Shown piece by piece: positions 9,042 through 17,958 of a DNA stretch of 47,764 bases. This DNA comes from Alistipes sp. (GTDB taxonomy: Bacteria; Bacteroidota; Bacteroidia; Bacteroidales; Rikenellaceae). The stretch lies in NCBI GenBank assembly GCA_045634725.1, contig JAZRAT010000057.1:1-47764 (forward strand), given 5' to 3'. The translations under genes were made by a program, and so were the position numbers. The notes under the pieces were generated by a model. That model saw only the letters and a list, made by a program, of their open reading frames with translations, was not told the origin of the DNA and did not search any database. The first letter of the stretch is position 1, and every line of letters begins with the position of its first letter.

Positions 9042-10463
9042 ATGCGTAAGATATTGGTTTTTGCGGTTACTGCCGCGCTTGTTATAACATCGGGAGTGAT
9101 GGTTGTGGCGCAACGTCGTCAGGTGATGCTCGATAAGGTTGTTGCCGTTGTTGGCGGCTCGTCGATCCTCTATTCGGAGCTTGTGGAGTACTCGGAGGCG
9201 TTAGTGCAGCAGCGTCGTCAGATGGGCTACACCTCGGATCGTGATCCTATGCACGAGTCTTTGGAGCAGCTGTTGCAGCAGAAGTTGCTCTACAATCAGG
9301 CGTTGTTGGACTCTGTGGAGATCAACAATAACGATGTGAATAGCCGCATCGAGCAGTATCTTCAGATGCTTATCGACGAGGCGGGTGGTATTCAAGCACT
9401 CGAGACCCGCGAGCACATGCCTATATTCAACTATCGCGAGATGCTTCGTGCACGATATGAGGAGCAGGCCTACGCCCAGGCTATGCAGAGTCAGGTGATT
9501 GGAGGCGTTACGGTTGTCCCTGGCGAGGTGGAGCGTTTCTATCGCAGCGTTGGCAAGGATAGCCTTCCGATGATTGGTGAGCAGTATGTATATGCCCACA
9601 TCACCAAGTTTCCAGCGTCGATGAACGAGGCTAAGCAGCGTACCAAGGAGCGTCTGCTGGATATGCGTGAGCGAGTGATCACGGGACAGACCAAGTTCTC
9701 GACTCTTGCGCGTATGTACTCGATGGATGGTGCTGCGCTCTATGGTGGTGAGATGCAGCCCGCACCATCGTCAATGTATGTGCGCCCCTTTGCCGAGGCT
9801 CTCGAGAAGTTGCAGCCTGGTCAGGTGTCGGAGATTGTTGAGACCGAGTTTGGTTTCCACATCATCGAGCTTATCGACAAGAAGAACGAGTTGTATCACT
9901 GTCGCCACATCCTGCTTCGTCCTACCTATACTCGCGAGGAGCTGATGCAGCCAGCACGCCAGCTCGATAGCATAGCACGCCTTATTCGTCTTGACTCTCT
10001 AACGTTTGAGGATGCGGCACTGCGCTTCTCGGACGATGCCTTGACAAAGATGAATGGCGGTATTGTGTCGAACCACGATATTTTGGCACGTCAGGGCGCC
10101 TACGATGGTGCTCGTCTTACGGCTACGCGCTTCCTCAAAGAGGACTTTGGTATGGAGGGTGGTAAGGCCCTTGAGGACTATAACGCGCTGATGCGCCTTA
10201 AGGTGGGCGAGATCTCGGATTCGTATCAGACAATGGACTTTATGGGCAATCAGATGTGTAAGATCGTGAAGCTCGTGGAGATCATCCCTCCTCATGTGGC
10301 ATCGCTCCGAGATGACTATGTGCGCCTCGAGGAGATGGCTCTTATGGCTAAGCGTGAGCGTGTGTTCCGCGAGTGGCTCGACAAGAAGATCGACGCTATG
10401 TACATCTATATCGACCCAGCATATCGCTCGTGGGAGTTCGAGAACCGTAAGTGGCTTAAGTAG
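9042..10463 (+). CDS. surA: Periplasmic chaperone/peptidyl-prolyl isomerase SurA
   Basis: LDKVVAVVG N-domain, parvulin motifs FSTLARMYS and VETEFGFHII, RHILLRP. Confidence 0.88.
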   Translation: MRKILVFAVTAALVITSGVMVVAQRRQVMLDKVVAVVGGSSILYSELVEYSEALVQQRRQMGYTSDRDPMHESLEQLLQQKLLYNQALLDSVEINNNDVNSRIEQYLQMLIDEAGGIQALETREHMPIFNYREMLRARYEEQAYAQAMQSQVIGGVTVVPGEVERFYRSVGKDSLPMIGEQYVYAHITKFPASMNEAKQRTKERLLDMRERVITGQTKFSTLARMYSMDGAALYGGEMQPAPSSMYVRPFAEALEKLQPGQVSEIVETEFGFHIIELIDKKNELYHCRHILLRPTYTREELMQPARQLDSIARLIRLDSLTFEDAALRFSDDALTKMNGGIVSNHDILARQGAYDGARLTATRFLKEDFGMEGGKALEDYNALMRLKVGEISDSYQTMDFMGNQMCKIVKLVEIIPPHVASLRDDYVRLEEMALMAKRERVFREWLDKKIDAMYIYIDPAYRSWEFENRKWLK

Positions 10464-10498
10464 CCGATATTCAACTTTAGAGTCTTAGAATTAGAAGC

Positions 10499-13300
10499 AT
10501 GCACCGTAGAAATATAACAACGCTTGTAGTGTTAATGCTTGTGGCGGGGGTATTCCTCTTTGCCGCGAGTGGTAAGATGTTCATACGCTATGCGACGATG
10601 TCCGAAGAGGCGGTTGAGGATGAGGTGTCACCAGTTGTGGCGATGCCCTCAGCTGCGCAGGATCGACGCATGGTCGATATGACTGCCGATGATAGCTACC
10701 TTATCGAGAAGGGCGACTCCACGATATTTATCCTCGTGGGTCACTTCGCAGCTCACCATAATGGTGCTGTGATCTTGGCCGATAGTGCTGTGCGTTACTC
10801 AAATCAGAGCTTCGAGTGCTTCGGCAATGTGCTTATCAATCAGAACTCTACCTATATCTACGGCGAGCGTGCGGAGTATAACCGTATGAATAACACCGCT
10901 AAGGTCTTCTCGCGCCTTGTGAAGGTTGTGGATGAGGATGCGGTGATCTATACCTACGATTGCGAGTTTAACACGGCTAAGTCGCAAGGTGTATTCAGCG
11001 GCGGCTGCTATGCCGAGAAGGGCGAGAGCCTTCTTGAGGCTGACCGTGGATATTACAATACCAAGACCCACGAGCTCAAGGCGGTACACCGTGTGCAGAT
11101 GCGTAATGAGACATACGAGGTGTTGAGCGACTCGGTGATATTCAACACTCAGACCGAGGATGCGCAGTACTTCACAAATACCCATATCTGGAACGATAAG
11201 GATGAGTATCTCTATGCCGATGCTGGAACCTATACCAAGCGTAGTGACCTTCACCACCTTACGCGTCGTGCCTATATCCTCTCGCCCGAGCGTGAGATAT
11301 GGAGCGACACGGTGATGTACTATCGTACGGATGGTCACATCATTGCCCGTCGCAATATTCAGGTTGACGACACCACACAGAAGGTGCTCGGTTTTGCCGA
11401 CTATGCCGAGTGGTGGGATGTGCCGGGTAATGCCTTCTTCACGCGTCGTCCCTCGATGATCAACTACGACCCTGAACTCACCGACTCGATATATCTATCT
11501 GCCGACACGTTGTGGCTCTACACTGTCCCTGTGCGTGCCGAGATCAAGCGTGATAGCATCGCTACAGACTCGACAGCAGTTGAGCGTGGCAAGGATGCTG
11601 CACCTATGTCGCAGCGTCGCGAGATGGGCGAGCAGATGGCCTCTGGCGAGATCGCTGACGATGGTGGCGAAGCGGAGGTTGATCCGCAGAGCGATGTCGA
11701 GGCTGAGGCGTCGGCTGAGGGGGGTGAGCAGATGGCAGCTCCTGAGCTACAGAGTCAGCGACGCTTAGGTGGTCGTGATGCCGAGGTAGGCTCGGAGCGC
11801 GGTGAGAAGCGCGAGAGAGGTGATAAGCGTGAGCAGCAGCTCCAGGGTGGCGCGCGACTTGGTGGTGATGATGCACCTCGTGCTGAGGGTCAAGATGCTG
11901 TGCGCCAGCCTGCTGATCAGGCAGTGACGGCTGAGGAGCAAGCCCCAGAGGTAGAGCAGGGTGGTGATGCTACTCATGGTGGCATGATTGCTCAGGATGC
12001 GGCTGTTGACACCCTCGTGCAGAGCGATTCGCTACGTGTCGATACGTTGCAGCAAGATACAGTACAGTACACCGCTAAGCAGCTTCGTCGTCGTGCTAAG
12101 GCGGCACGTCGTGCTGAGCGTGACTCGATAAAGGCGATAGCCAAGGCTGAGCGCGACTCGTTGCTAGCCATCGAGAAGGCATATAAGGACTCGGTGCAGA
12201 AGATACGTGACTCGATAGATCGCATAAAGCTCGATACGCTTATCGCTGAGCGCATTGCCCGTAGCTCACGTCTTGCCGACGAGGAGTTGGCGCGTATGGA
12301 GCGTGTGAAGAAGAGGGCTGAGGAGCGTCGTCATAGGCGTATCGATAGGGCTAAGGCTCGTGCGGCTTGTCGCGGTAAGGTGTATAAAGGCGAGGACTAT
12401 ACGCTCGACACATTGCAGTCGGGAGATAGTGTCGCTATCGAGATGCGAGATAGCTCGGAGATGGAGATGGCGGCAGACTCGATGATGCGCGACTCGCTCA
12501 TGGACTCTACGCAGCTCGAGAAGATGATACCTGCCGATAGTGCCTACAAGATGATCAAGGCATATCGCCATGTTAAGATGTTCCGTTCCGATTCGCAGAT
12601 GATATGCGACTCGCTCGTGACGCTAAATACCGACTCAGTAATTCGTATGTACATCAACCCAGTGATGTGGAACGAGAGCAACCAGATAAAGTCTGACTCG
12701 GCGTGGATATATACTGAGCGTCAAAAGCTTACGCGTGCGCACTTCATGGGTGCTCCAATCATGGGTGTCGAGATTGACACGGTATGCTACAACCAGGTGA
12801 AGGGCAAGGATATGAATGCCTACTTTGCCAATGGCGCGGTGTATCGCTACGATGTGGATGGCAATGCGCAGACGCTCTACTACATGCAGGAGGAGGGCTC
12901 TACGGATGTCACAGCGATGATGTACATCGAGAGCTCGGCGATCAGCTTCTACCTTAATGAGGGGGAGATGGACCACATCACCTTCAAGCAGAATCCCGAG
13001 TATGTGCTCTATCCGATGAGCATGATCCCTGAGTCGCAGGTGCGCATCCTCGATGGCTTTGAGTGGTGCGGTGCGATGCGTCCTACGCGCCATGAGATAT
13101 GCGATCGCTCTAAGCACGCTTCGCGTCGTGAGAGCGTGTCGCAGCTCTCGAAGCCTACATTCCCGATAGTGGAGCGTATCGACTATGATCGTCGTCGACT
13201 GGTCGAGAACCGAATGTGGAAGGATCGTCATGAGAGGCTGCCTATCGACATTATCGAGTGGCGTAACTCGTGTCCATCATATAGAAATAGGCGTAGATAA
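10499..13300 (+). CDS. OstA-like (LptA/LptD N-terminal beta-jellyroll) protein with large low-complexity insertion
   Basis: HNGAVILADSA...FECFGNV, repeated beta-jellyroll segments, AYRHVKMFRSDSQMICDSL, NQVKGKDM C-terminal part. Confidence 0.8.
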   Translation: MHRRNITTLVVLMLVAGVFLFAASGKMFIRYATMSEEAVEDEVSPVVAMPSAAQDRRMVDMTADDSYLIEKGDSTIFILVGHFAAHHNGAVILADSAVRYSNQSFECFGNVLINQNSTYIYGERAEYNRMNNTAKVFSRLVKVVDEDAVIYTYDCEFNTAKSQGVFSGGCYAEKGESLLEADRGYYNTKTHELKAVHRVQMRNETYEVLSDSVIFNTQTEDAQYFTNTHIWNDKDEYLYADAGTYTKRSDLHHLTRRAYILSPEREIWSDTVMYYRTDGHIIARRNIQVDDTTQKVLGFADYAEWWDVPGNAFFTRRPSMINYDPELTDSIYLSADTLWLYTVPVRAEIKRDSIATDSTAVERGKDAAPMSQRREMGEQMASGEIADDGGEAEVDPQSDVEAEASAEGGEQMAAPELQSQRRLGGRDAEVGSERGEKRERGDKREQQLQGGARLGGDDAPRAEGQDAVRQPADQAVTAEEQAPEVEQGGDATHGGMIAQDAAVDTLVQSDSLRVDTLQQDTVQYTAKQLRRRAKAARRAERDSIKAIAKAERDSLLAIEKAYKDSVQKIRDSIDRIKLDTLIAERIARSSRLADEELARMERVKKRAEERRHRRIDRAKARAACRGKVYKGEDYTLDTLQSGDSVAIEMRDSSEMEMAADSMMRDSLMDSTQLEKMIPADSAYKMIKAYRHVKMFRSDSQMICDSLVTLNTDSVIRMYINPVMWNESNQIKSDSAWIYTERQKLTRAHFMGAPIMGVEIDTVCYNQVKGKDMNAYFANGAVYRYDVDGNAQTLYYMQEEGSTDVTAMMYIESSAISFYLNEGEMDHITFKQNPEYVLYPMSMIPESQVRILDGFEWCGAMRPTRHEICDRSKHASRRESVSQLSKPTFPIVERIDYDRRRLVENRMWKDRHERLPIDIIEWRNSCPSYRNRRR

Positions 13301-13303
13301 GCT

Positions 13304-14602
13304 ATGAGCAACAAGGTCACTTATTATATAGCATTTTTGTGTTGCACGTTGCTGAGTATCAATGTGCTACTGGCGCAAGATGCCTCTCGATATGAGGGTG
13401 TGCGTACTCGCCTTATTGCCTATCCAACGGCTGATGCTGCGCGTGCTCGCTCGTTGGAGCGTCAGCGATACATGCAGCCTATCGTGGAGTGGGAGCGTCT
13501 TGACACTCGAAGGCTCACCTCTAAGTTTACGTTCCCATTTTCGTGGCTCGAGCGTCAGGTGTATCTCCGTGTTGAGGATGCCTACCAGCCCTACGAGGTA
13601 TATGTGAATGGTAAGCTGGCTGGAGCGTCGCGCAATGGCTTCGCGGCGGCTGAGTATAACATCACGAAGCTCTCGAAGGAGGATCTCAACGATGTGGAGC
13701 TTCGCCTAAAGTCCTCGGACGATGTCAATGCCATAGAGTGCTTCGAGCGCGATGGTCGTCTGCCCAAGGTCTATATCATCTCGCAGCCTCGCGTGCGCGT
13801 GCGGGATATAAAATGGAGTGCCGAGCGAGGTATGGGAGGTGTGGTAAATAGCAACTTCGAGGTTGTCATGCACAATGCAACACTTGGCGATAAACTCTCG
13901 ACGCTCTACTACGAGCTCTATCTTAACGACACCATACGTCTTGGTGGCGGTAAGCGTGATGTGGCTCTCGGCAAGCGCGGTGTCGACACTATGCGCTTCG
14001 GACTACCCATCCCCGACTCGATACTCTGGAGTAGGGATAACCCCCGCCATGTGCGACTCATGCTCAAAAACCGTGTCGAGGGTCGCGATGTGGAGTTCTA
14101 TGACTTTGATGTTGCACTCCGCGAGTTGCGTTATGCTAATGGTCTGTTTGTGGTTAATGGCGTAGAGCAATCTATTGATTTTCAGGAGTTCTCGCCAGCA
14201 TCGTCTGTTGATGATATTAGCAATGCCTACAACGCTGGTGTGCGCGCCATACGCTTCACGGCTGGTAGCGTAGCGGACGAGGTGCTTGACTATTGCGATC
14301 GTGTGGGTATCTATGTGCTTGTCACTGCACCTGTTAATACCTCCTCATCGGGATTGTCGCGCAAGCGTGGTGGCAACCCCTCGAACGACCCTAAGTGGCG
14401 TGAGGATTTCATCTCGCGTGCTCTGGAGATGTACTACTCGGTATGTCGCCATCCATCGCTCTTTGGCTTCTGCATAGCTGATGATAGTGCTAATGGTATC
14501 TGCCTGTATGAGAGTTATTTAGCTCTTAAGGCAGTGGTTGATGGTCGCCCGGTGTTCTATCTCGATTGCGAGGGTGAGTGGAATAGCGATCACCTCAAAT
14601 AG
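13304..14602 (+). CDS. Secreted, truncated GH2 (beta-galactosidase)-like protein
   Basis: GH2 sugar-binding-like domain (VYVNGKLAG...AEYNIT), CDRVGIYV, HPS..., RPVFY...EWNSD; ends early. Confidence 0.7.
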   Translation: MSNKVTYYIAFLCCTLLSINVLLAQDASRYEGVRTRLIAYPTADAARARSLERQRYMQPIVEWERLDTRRLTSKFTFPFSWLERQVYLRVEDAYQPYEVYVNGKLAGASRNGFAAAEYNITKLSKEDLNDVELRLKSSDDVNAIECFERDGRLPKVYIISQPRVRVRDIKWSAERGMGGVVNSNFEVVMHNATLGDKLSTLYYELYLNDTIRLGGGKRDVALGKRGVDTMRFGLPIPDSILWSRDNPRHVRLMLKNRVEGRDVEFYDFDVALRELRYANGLFVVNGVEQSIDFQEFSPASSVDDISNAYNAGVRAIRFTAGSVADEVLDYCDRVGIYVLVTAPVNTSSSGLSRKRGGNPSNDPKWREDFISRALEMYYSVCRHPSLFGFCIADDSANGICLYESYLALKAVVDGRPVFYLDCEGEWNSDHLK

Positions 14603-14841
14603 TGGTTGTCGGGTGTAAAATAATTGTCGCACTGCAAAAAAAGATTGCGTAAGGCTACAATATTTGAAAAAAAATATCTATTTTTGTTGTTGATTGTGGT
14701 CAGTGTGCAAACCTTATAGTGGCGTTAGTCGGCTATCGTTGAGTACAAGAGTGCCGTAAGGTGGCTATTGGTAGGGGAGCAGAGGCTGCAACGAGAGGGT
14801 AATAACTGAACCTAAAAATATAACTAACGTTAAACAATCAA

Positions 14842-15786
14842 ATGAAGCGCATTTTGGTTTTGGGTGCCGGAGGTCAGATCGGATCTGAGTTGGTACCATA
14901 TCTTCGCTCAATCTATGGTGCATCGAATGTCGTTGCTACCGATGTAAAACACAATGCTGTATTGGCTGAGGCAGGTCCATTCGAGAGCCTCGACGCACTC
15001 GATGCTAAGCAGTATGCTGAGCTCGTAAACAAGTACAACATTGACTCTATCTTCAACCTCGTAGCGCTCCTTTCTGCTACTGGCGAGAAGAATCCTCAGT
15101 TGGCTATGCGCATCAACATGGGTGCGTTGGAGAACTCTTTGGAGATCGCACGCGAGAAGAACTGTGCAGTGTTCACTCCCAGCTCTATCGGTGCTTTCGG
15201 TGGTGACTTCCCCCGCGACAAGACTCCCCAGGATACTGTGATGCAGCCTAACACTATCTATGGTGTTTGCAAGGTTACTGGTGAGCTTCTCTCTAACTAC
15301 TACCACTCACGCTTCGGCGTTGACACACGTTCAGTGCGTTTCCCCGGTATCATCTCTAACGTAACTCTTCCTGGTGGCGGTACTACCGACTACGCAGTAG
15401 AGATCTACTACGAGGCTGTTAAGGGTAACAAGTTCGTATGTAACATCGCACCCGATGTATACATGGATATGATGTACATGCCCGATGCACTCCGTGCTAC
15501 TGTAGAGCTCATGGAGGCAGACCCCGCAAAGCTTAAGCACCGCAACTCATTCAATATCGCTGCTATGAGCTTCACTCCCGAGATCATCCGTGAGGTTGTT
15601 GAGCGCCACGTTCCTGGTTTCCAGATGGAGTACAACGTAGACCCCGTTAAGGATGTTATCTCACGCAGTTGGCCTAACTCTCTCGATGACACTTGCGCAC
15701 GCGAGGAGTGGGGTTGGAAGCCTGAGTGGGACCTCGAGTCAATGACTAAGGATATGCTCGAGAAGGTTGCTGCAAAGCTTAAGTAA
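14842..15786 (+). CDS. SDR-type L-threonine 3-dehydrogenase / NAD-dependent epimerase
   Basis: GAGGQIGSEL Rossmann motif, LLSATGE, PSSIGAFG, YGVCK, PGGGTTDYAV signature of SDR threonine dehydrogenases. Confidence 0.88.
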   Translation: MKRILVLGAGGQIGSELVPYLRSIYGASNVVATDVKHNAVLAEAGPFESLDALDAKQYAELVNKYNIDSIFNLVALLSATGEKNPQLAMRINMGALENSLEIAREKNCAVFTPSSIGAFGGDFPRDKTPQDTVMQPNTIYGVCKVTGELLSNYYHSRFGVDTRSVRFPGIISNVTLPGGGTTDYAVEIYYEAVKGNKFVCNIAPDVYMDMMYMPDALRATVELMEADPAKLKHRNSFNIAAMSFTPEIIREVVERHVPGFQMEYNVDPVKDVISRSWPNSLDDTCAREEWGWKPEWDLESMTKDMLEKVAAKLK

Positions 15787-15824
15787 TCTTTTTGAGATAG
15801 AGGCTTTAGGGCCTGTCAACCAAC

Positions 15825-15865
15825 GATGAATGGGAGTATGTTATGTACTCCCATTCGTCTTTTTT
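15825..15865 (+). terminator. Intrinsic terminator
   Basis: GATGAATGGGAGTA/TACTCCCATTCGTC stem followed by T6. Confidence 0.75.
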
Positions 15866-16065
15866 GTCTATGCCCATCGTGTGACATCTGAGATGTAATG
15901 GATGGGAGATTTAGACCATCGGGTGGTGATGCAGACCATATGTGAGTGCTTCGTAAAGAGTTTATTCTGCATCAATTCATTGACACATAATGATGATAGA
16001 TATTGATTTTTTAGAGTAAATTTTGTATCTTTGCCTCAAACCGCAATTATACGACTTTGAAAACT

Positions 16066-17193
16066 ATGATAAACCACAATAAAACATTGATGTTTAGTCT
16101 ATTGCTCGCCGTGGCAATGATGCTTGTTTTACCTGCCACACTCTCTGCACAGGTCGCTGAACCTGAGGGTGATAAGCAGAAAAACGTGGATGAGTGGGTG
16201 AAATTAACCCCCGAAGAGTATATCTACAAGTGGCGTCATGTCGCTGTCGATCACATGGAGACATACGGCATCCCTGCCAGCATCACCATGGGCCAGGCTA
16301 TTCTCGAATCGGGCTACGGTAATGGCTACCTCGCGCGCGTGGCGAATAACCACTTCTGCATCAAGTGCAAGGGCTCGTGGACAGGTGCTACGATAACACA
16401 TGCTGACGATAACCCAAACGACTGCTTCCGCGTATACGAGACTGCCGAGGACTCGTTCCGTGATCATGCCGACTTCCTCAATAGCGGTAGTCGCTACGAC
16501 TTCCTCTTTGCTTACGATGCGGATGACTACAAAAATTGGGCGAAGGGTCTCAAGAAGGCGGGATACGCTACGGCTCCCGACTACGCCGAGCGTCTTATCG
16601 GCGTTATCGAGCGCTATAATCTCCACCTTCTCGACAAGAAGAATGGTATCAAGCAATATGACGACTACCTCGCAAAGCGCGCAGACATAGACCTCTCGGC
16701 ATTACAGCAGAGTGGTGCTCCCCAAGTGGTGCTCCCCGAGGCTCCTGTTGTCAATCCCGAGGAGGCTCATCACGCCGACATAGCTACGGCATATGCCGAT
16801 AGCGGCATCGACCCCAACAACTTCCGAGTTACGATAAATGCATATAATGGTTACAATGTCTACCTCACCAATCGTGCGCACTACATCGTGGCGAAGAGGG
16901 GTGATACATATGAGTCGTTGGCAAAGGTCTTCTCTATCTCTGCGGGCAACCTGCGTCGCTTCAACGATGTGGCACGCAAGGCACAACTCGAGGAGGGCGA
17001 CATCGTCTACATCGAGCGCAAGCTCCCTTCATGGATGGGCGAGGAACTCTTGCACACGGTGAAGGATGGCGAGACACTCCACGACATTGCACAGCTCTAC
17101 GGCATACGCCTGAAGAGCCTTACGAAGCAGAACGCAATGCGTGGCAATGAGCCTCTTACGGTAGGTCGTACAATACGCATCCAGAAGTGGTAA
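16066..17193 (+). CDS. Glucosaminidase (GH73) peptidoglycan hydrolase with two LysM domains
   Basis: IPASITMGQAILESGYG, GYATAPDYA, LysM repeats (GDTYESLA, GETLHDIAQLYG); TATCTTTG at 16026-16033. Confidence 0.9.
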   Translation: MINHNKTLMFSLLLAVAMMLVLPATLSAQVAEPEGDKQKNVDEWVKLTPEEYIYKWRHVAVDHMETYGIPASITMGQAILESGYGNGYLARVANNHFCIKCKGSWTGATITHADDNPNDCFRVYETAEDSFRDHADFLNSGSRYDFLFAYDADDYKNWAKGLKKAGYATAPDYAERLIGVIERYNLHLLDKKNGIKQYDDYLAKRADIDLSALQQSGAPQVVLPEAPVVNPEEAHHADIATAYADSGIDPNNFRVTINAYNGYNVYLTNRAHYIVAKRGDTYESLAKVFSISAGNLRRFNDVARKAQLEEGDIVYIERKLPSWMGEELLHTVKDGETLHDIAQLYGIRLKSLTKQNAMRGNEPLTVGRTIRIQKW

Positions 17194-17211
17194 TAATAAA
17201 AATAGCTATAT

Positions 17212-17892
17212 ATGAGTACGTTACGAGAAAAAATCCTTGAGGCAATAGTCAAGAAGTCTACCCTCAAGCAGCAGATTTTCGACAACACATTTTCGACATT
17301 CAACGACCTCAAGGAGACACTCTTTGAGATGGCTTCGGAGATTGATGATGAGCTTGATGGCAAGCTCGACCGCCGTGTGCGTATCGAGTACCGCGACCGT
17401 GGTAAGTTCGAGGCGCAGTTGCAGGTGGCTTCCGACATCCTCCTTGTGCAGATGCACACCGATGTCTTCGAGTTCGACTCAAACCACATAATCTGGCAGA
17501 ATAACTATGTGCAGAGCGACAAGAACAACTCATATGTGGGTGTTATCAACATCTACAACTTCCTCTCCGACTCGCTCAAGTACAACCGTAATGCCGACGA
17601 GGGCTACCTCATTGGTCGCATCTTCATCAACCGCGAGAAGTGCTTCTGGGTGGAGGGTAAGCGCCAGACGCTTGTGCGCCCCATGGCCTTCGGCACAAAG
17701 AAGATTGACCGCGAGGCGCTCGTCTCTATCATCGAGACTGCTATCAACTATGCGCTCAACTTCGATCTGTTGATGCCTCCCTACGAGGAGAATATCCGCG
17801 TTACTGTCGATCAGTTCAACTCGAAGCTTGATAACTCTAAGTTCACAACGGGCAAGCGCTTGAGCTACGACTTCTCTATAGACGATATCTAA
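17212..17892 (+). CDS. Hypothetical protein
   Basis: 226-aa ORF with host-like codon usage in operon context; no recognised motif. Confidence 0.75.
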   Translation: MSTLREKILEAIVKKSTLKQQIFDNTFSTFNDLKETLFEMASEIDDELDGKLDRRVRIEYRDRGKFEAQLQVASDILLVQMHTDVFEFDSNHIIWQNNYVQSDKNNSYVGVINIYNFLSDSLKYNRNADEGYLIGRIFINREKCFWVEGKRQTLVRPMAFGTKKIDREALVSIIETAINYALNFDLLMPPYEENIRVTVDQFNSKLDNSKFTTGKRLSYDFSIDDI

Positions 17893-17958
17893 ACGCTGTC
17901 TTGTTGGCTCGGCATTTAGACGAAAACCTATTATGGAATAACTAAAACCTAAGACTAT

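Noticed and set aside
14690-14840. Riboswitch in the ~150-nt leader of the threonine dehydrogenase gene
   Set aside because: No glycine, SAM, TPP or cobalamin consensus that I can recognise, and no convincing terminator.
3104-15786. Threonine catabolism cluster (ltaE plus threonine dehydrogenase)
   Set aside because: The genes are over 10 kb apart, on opposite strands and separated by unrelated operons.
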